Below, piece after piece: positions 60,382 to 64,000 of a DNA stretch of 64,000 bases. This DNA comes from an uncultured Armatimonadia bacterium. GTDB lineage: Bacteria; Armatimonadota; Zipacnadia; CAVVLO01. The stretch is from assembly GCA_963749155.1 (NCBI GenBank), contig CAVVLO010000004.1:94810-158809 (forward strand), written 5' to 3'. The position numbers were made by a program, and so were the translations under genes. The notes beneath the pieces are model-generated. The model saw nothing but the letters and a program-made list of their open reading frames with translations. It was not told where the DNA came from and searched no databases. Within the stretch, counting starts at the first letter, position 1. Every line of letters begins with the position of its first letter.

Positions 60382-63300
60382 ATGAGCAGGCTGGCGGGCA
60401 GCAGGCTAGGGCGGATGGCGAGCTATGTGGCAGCGTTCTGTTGCGCGTGGCTGATTTGCCTGGGGGACTGGGCACAGTTGGCGGGGGCCCAGGCGGCAAC
60501 TCGGCCTGGCGCTGCCCCGGCGGTTGCCAGTATGCGCGTGCTCGCGCCCGGCGAGCTAACGAGCATCAGCGGGCAGACTACCAACTCGTGCTTGGTGCAG
60601 GGGGTGCCTGACCCCTGCGTCGTCGCGATGAGGAACGCGTCCGCGATCATGTCGAACTCCTGCCCCCCTGGCGCCAGCTGCGATCGACTGGCCCGGGTGG
60701 TGTTTGCTGCCTCGCCGGGAGGCCAGGCCAGCGCCTCTCAGTTGGTTGGCAAGAGCAGCAACAGCCTGGGGCCGCACGTGGACCTGGAGCTGTATCACAG
60801 CAGCCGCAACATCGGCTCGACGGGCTTCTTCGGGCGGGTGTGGGCCTCGACCTGGGACCAGCACGTCTCTGAGGCGCCAGGCGGCAACGTGACGGTCTTC
60901 CGCAAGGACCACACGCTCGATGAGTTCACCAGGAACGTGGACGGCTCCTACACCGCCCCTCCCGGCGTGCACGATGTGCTGGTGAAGCACACCGCTACCG
61001 ATGGCAGCTTCACGCTGACGCTGGTGGACGGCACCGAGCAGCACTTCTACCCCCTTGGGGGTACAACCTCCGGTCGGCTGGACACCGTGACGGACCGCAA
61101 CGGCAACACCGTGACCTGCGGCTACGAGGGCACCGGGAAGGTCACGACAGTCACCGACGCGGCCGGGCGCATCACCACCTTCGCCTACGATGGCTCCGGG
61201 CGCGTCGAGAGCGCAACCAACCCGGCCCTGGAGATAACCACTTTCACTTACGATGCAAATAGCGACCTGCAGACGGTGACGTTGCCCACCGGGGCAATAA
61301 CGACCTATACCTACGATGCCAACCACCGCATCAGCCAGCTCACCGACCCCAACGGCCGCGTGACCACCTTCAGCTACGACGGGGATGGACGCACGACGGG
61401 GGTCACGGATCCCCTTGGCTACCGCAGCACCGTTACCTATAACGGCATCTACTGCAGCTGGACGGATCCGCTCGGGCAGCTCACGACCTACACCTACGAC
61501 GGGACGGACCAGTTCGCCAAGCTCATCGCCTCCGAGGACCCGACTGGCCGGACCGTGAGCTACACCTACAACAGCGACCGGGCGCGGACGGAGGTCACCG
61601 ACCCGCTGGCTGGCATCACGACCTTCACCTACGACTCGGACGGGAATCGCACCAGCTCAACCAACCCGCTGGGCAAGACCACTTATTACACCTGGGACTC
61701 GGACCACCACCTCACCACCGTGACCGATCCGCTGGGCAACACCACCACCTACACCTACGAGGGGAGCGGCAACCTGGAGACGGTCACCGATCCCCTCGCT
61801 AGCGAAACAGGCTTCACCTACACGGCCGAGGGGCTACCGGAGACGGTTACCGACCCGCTGGCTGGCGTCACGACCTTCACCTATGACGCTGACGGGAACC
61901 TGGCGACGGTGAGGGACGCGCTCGGCAACCTCACCACTCATACCTATGATGCGATTGGGAACAGGCTGACGACAACCGATGCCCTGAACCATACGACCAC
62001 CTTCACCTACGATGCCATCGACAGGCTCATCCAGACGACCTTCCCCGATGGCAACAGCCGCACGGTCACTTACCAGGGGAGCCTTCAGATCCAAAGCACC
62101 GATGAAGAGGGCCGCATCACCACCAACACCTTCGACACAGGCGGCCGGCTGATCGGGGTAACGCTTGCGACCGGGGCGATGACGACTTACGTCTACGACG
62201 CCCTGAACCGGCTCCTAGCGGTGACCGATGCCGAGGGCGTTGCTTCGGCGGCCGACTACAGCGTGGCCGGCGCCGGCGCCAGCGCCTTCAACGGGGACTA
62301 TTCCGAGGACGGCACTTACAACGGCAAGCCGGCCTACAAGCTGGACAACAGCCATTACCTCATCTGGCAGACCCGGCTGTTCCCGCCGGCCTCTGAGCGC
62401 TGGGAGCTGCAGACCCAGAAGGGCGGGGGCACCTGCTACTATTATGGGACAGGCCCCGATCTTCCAGCCGGCGCCTGGACGGCCTCCAGCGGCACGCCGC
62501 CAGCCCCCACGGTGACGCGCCTCTACCCAACCCACACCACCACCTACACCTACGATGCGGCCGGGCGCCAGCTGACGGCCACCGACCCCTTGGGCAACAC
62601 CACGACCAACTCCTACGATGACGCGGGCAGGCTGCTCACCCGGACCGACCCGCGGGGGAACCTGGTCACCTACAGCTACGATGATACGAGTCAGCTTATC
62701 GGGGTGGACTACCCGACGGGCACCGACCTGGCTTTCACCTACGATGATGCAGGGCGGCGAATCGACGTCCACGACGCCTCAGGCTACACGACCTATACTT
62801 ACGATGCCCTCGGCCGGACGACCGTCGTCACCACGCCTGGGCCAGAGAGGGCCACCTACGCCTACGATGCCCTCGGCAACCGCACCGAGTTCACCGACCA
62901 GGACGGGGGCCTCACCACTTACTCCTACGATGCCCTGGGGCGGCTCGAGGCGCTCACCAACCCCAGCAGCGAGGAGACGAGCTTCGAGTACGATGATATC
63001 GGCAACAGGACTCGCCTGACTCACGCTAGCGGCGCCTACACGACCTACACCTACACCTCGCGCAACTGGCTGGAGGAGCTCTCGAACCGCAAGTCGGATG
63101 AGACGGTGCTCTCCAGCTTCGCCTATGACCACGACGACTGCGGCAACCGGACTCGAGCTGACCGAGGCCACGGGCGACGTCACCACCTATGCTTACGACT
63201 CGATCTACGAGCTGACCGGGCAGACGAAGCGCAACTCGGGGGATGTAGTACAATATAGTTATAGCTACACTTATGACGACATCGGCAACAGGCTGACTCT

Positions 63301-64000
63301 TACCGACCAGGGGAGCGCGGTGACGACCTCCACTTACAACGCGGGCGGGCAGTTGATCGGGACGGATGCCTCCGGGACGCTGACGACCTACACCTACGAT
63401 GCCTCGGGCAATCTCGCCGCCGAGGTCACGAGCGCCGGGACGCGCTCCTACACCTGGGACTACGACGACCGCCTGACCGACATCGAGTACCCGGACTCCT
63501 CCGAGACCAACTACACCTACAACTCCGCCGGGCAGCGGCTGACGAGGGTGGAGGGCGGGACGACGAACAAGTTCGTCTACGATGGGGCGAAGGTAGTGCT
63601 CGAGCGCGACGGCGACGACGAGACCGAGGCGCGCTACACCCACGAGGGCGGCTCGCTCTACAGCGACCTGCTCAGCCAGCGACGCGATGGGGCAAGCTAC
63701 GACTACCTGCTCGATGGGCTGGCGAGCGTGAAGCAGATAGTAGACAGCTCCGAGGCCGTCGAGAACAGCTACTGCTACGAGGCCTTCGGGCAGGCGACGG
63801 TCGGCCAGAGCGACGTGGCGAACCCTTACCTGTTCGTTGGCGGGTACGGCGTCCAGTGGGAGAGCACACCGAGCCTCTACTTTATGCAGGCCAGATACTA
63901 CGGCCCGAGCGTCGGCCGCTTCCTCTCGGAGGACCCCTACGGCGGCTCCCCCCAGGATCCGCTGAGTTTGCATCGGTATCTCTACTGCGCCAATGGGCCG
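60382..64000 (+). CDS. Sec-exported Rhs/YD-repeat polymorphic toxin (DUF6531-like domain, YD repeats, core); +1 indel near 63155; 3'-truncated by the window
   Basis: SD GGAGG; signal peptide ..AGAQA; FFGRVWASTWD; many TDPLG.TT.YTYD repeats; core ARYYGPSVGRFLSEDP..YCANGP. Confidence 0.93.

Overview
GC-rich bacterial window, possibly Armatimonadota-like (inference from the stalk-domain protein and the many secreted CAZymes). Scattered single-base indels break otherwise intact genes, which suggests an unpolished long-read consensus. About two-thirds of the window encodes secreted or periplasmic glycan-degrading enzymes: three GxGYxYP proteins, GH29, GH2, GH32, two GH36, a beta-helix enzyme, a sulfatase and LamG/discoidin fusions. 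A four-gene sugar-acid catabolic operon follows the last of these. Three accessory structures stand out. (1) A Sec-exported Rhs/YD polymorphic toxin gene (60382 to the window end) carries a ~98-aa foreign domain inserted into one YD turn. (2) About 20-30 kb upstream lies an array of six Rhs-core homology copies (31.1-41.0 kb) with variable Cys/Gly-rich C-termini and membrane or lipoprotein partner genes. Three of these 'orphans' have in-frame translation starts, and a zinc-ribbon DEAD-box helicase gene with its own promoter and terminator sits between two collinear core fragments. (3) Four eroded IS3-family (IS407-like) right ends are present, three of them in tandem, each preceding cargo genes and retaining an outward extended -10 motif. 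No rRNA, tRNA or CRISPR array was seen.
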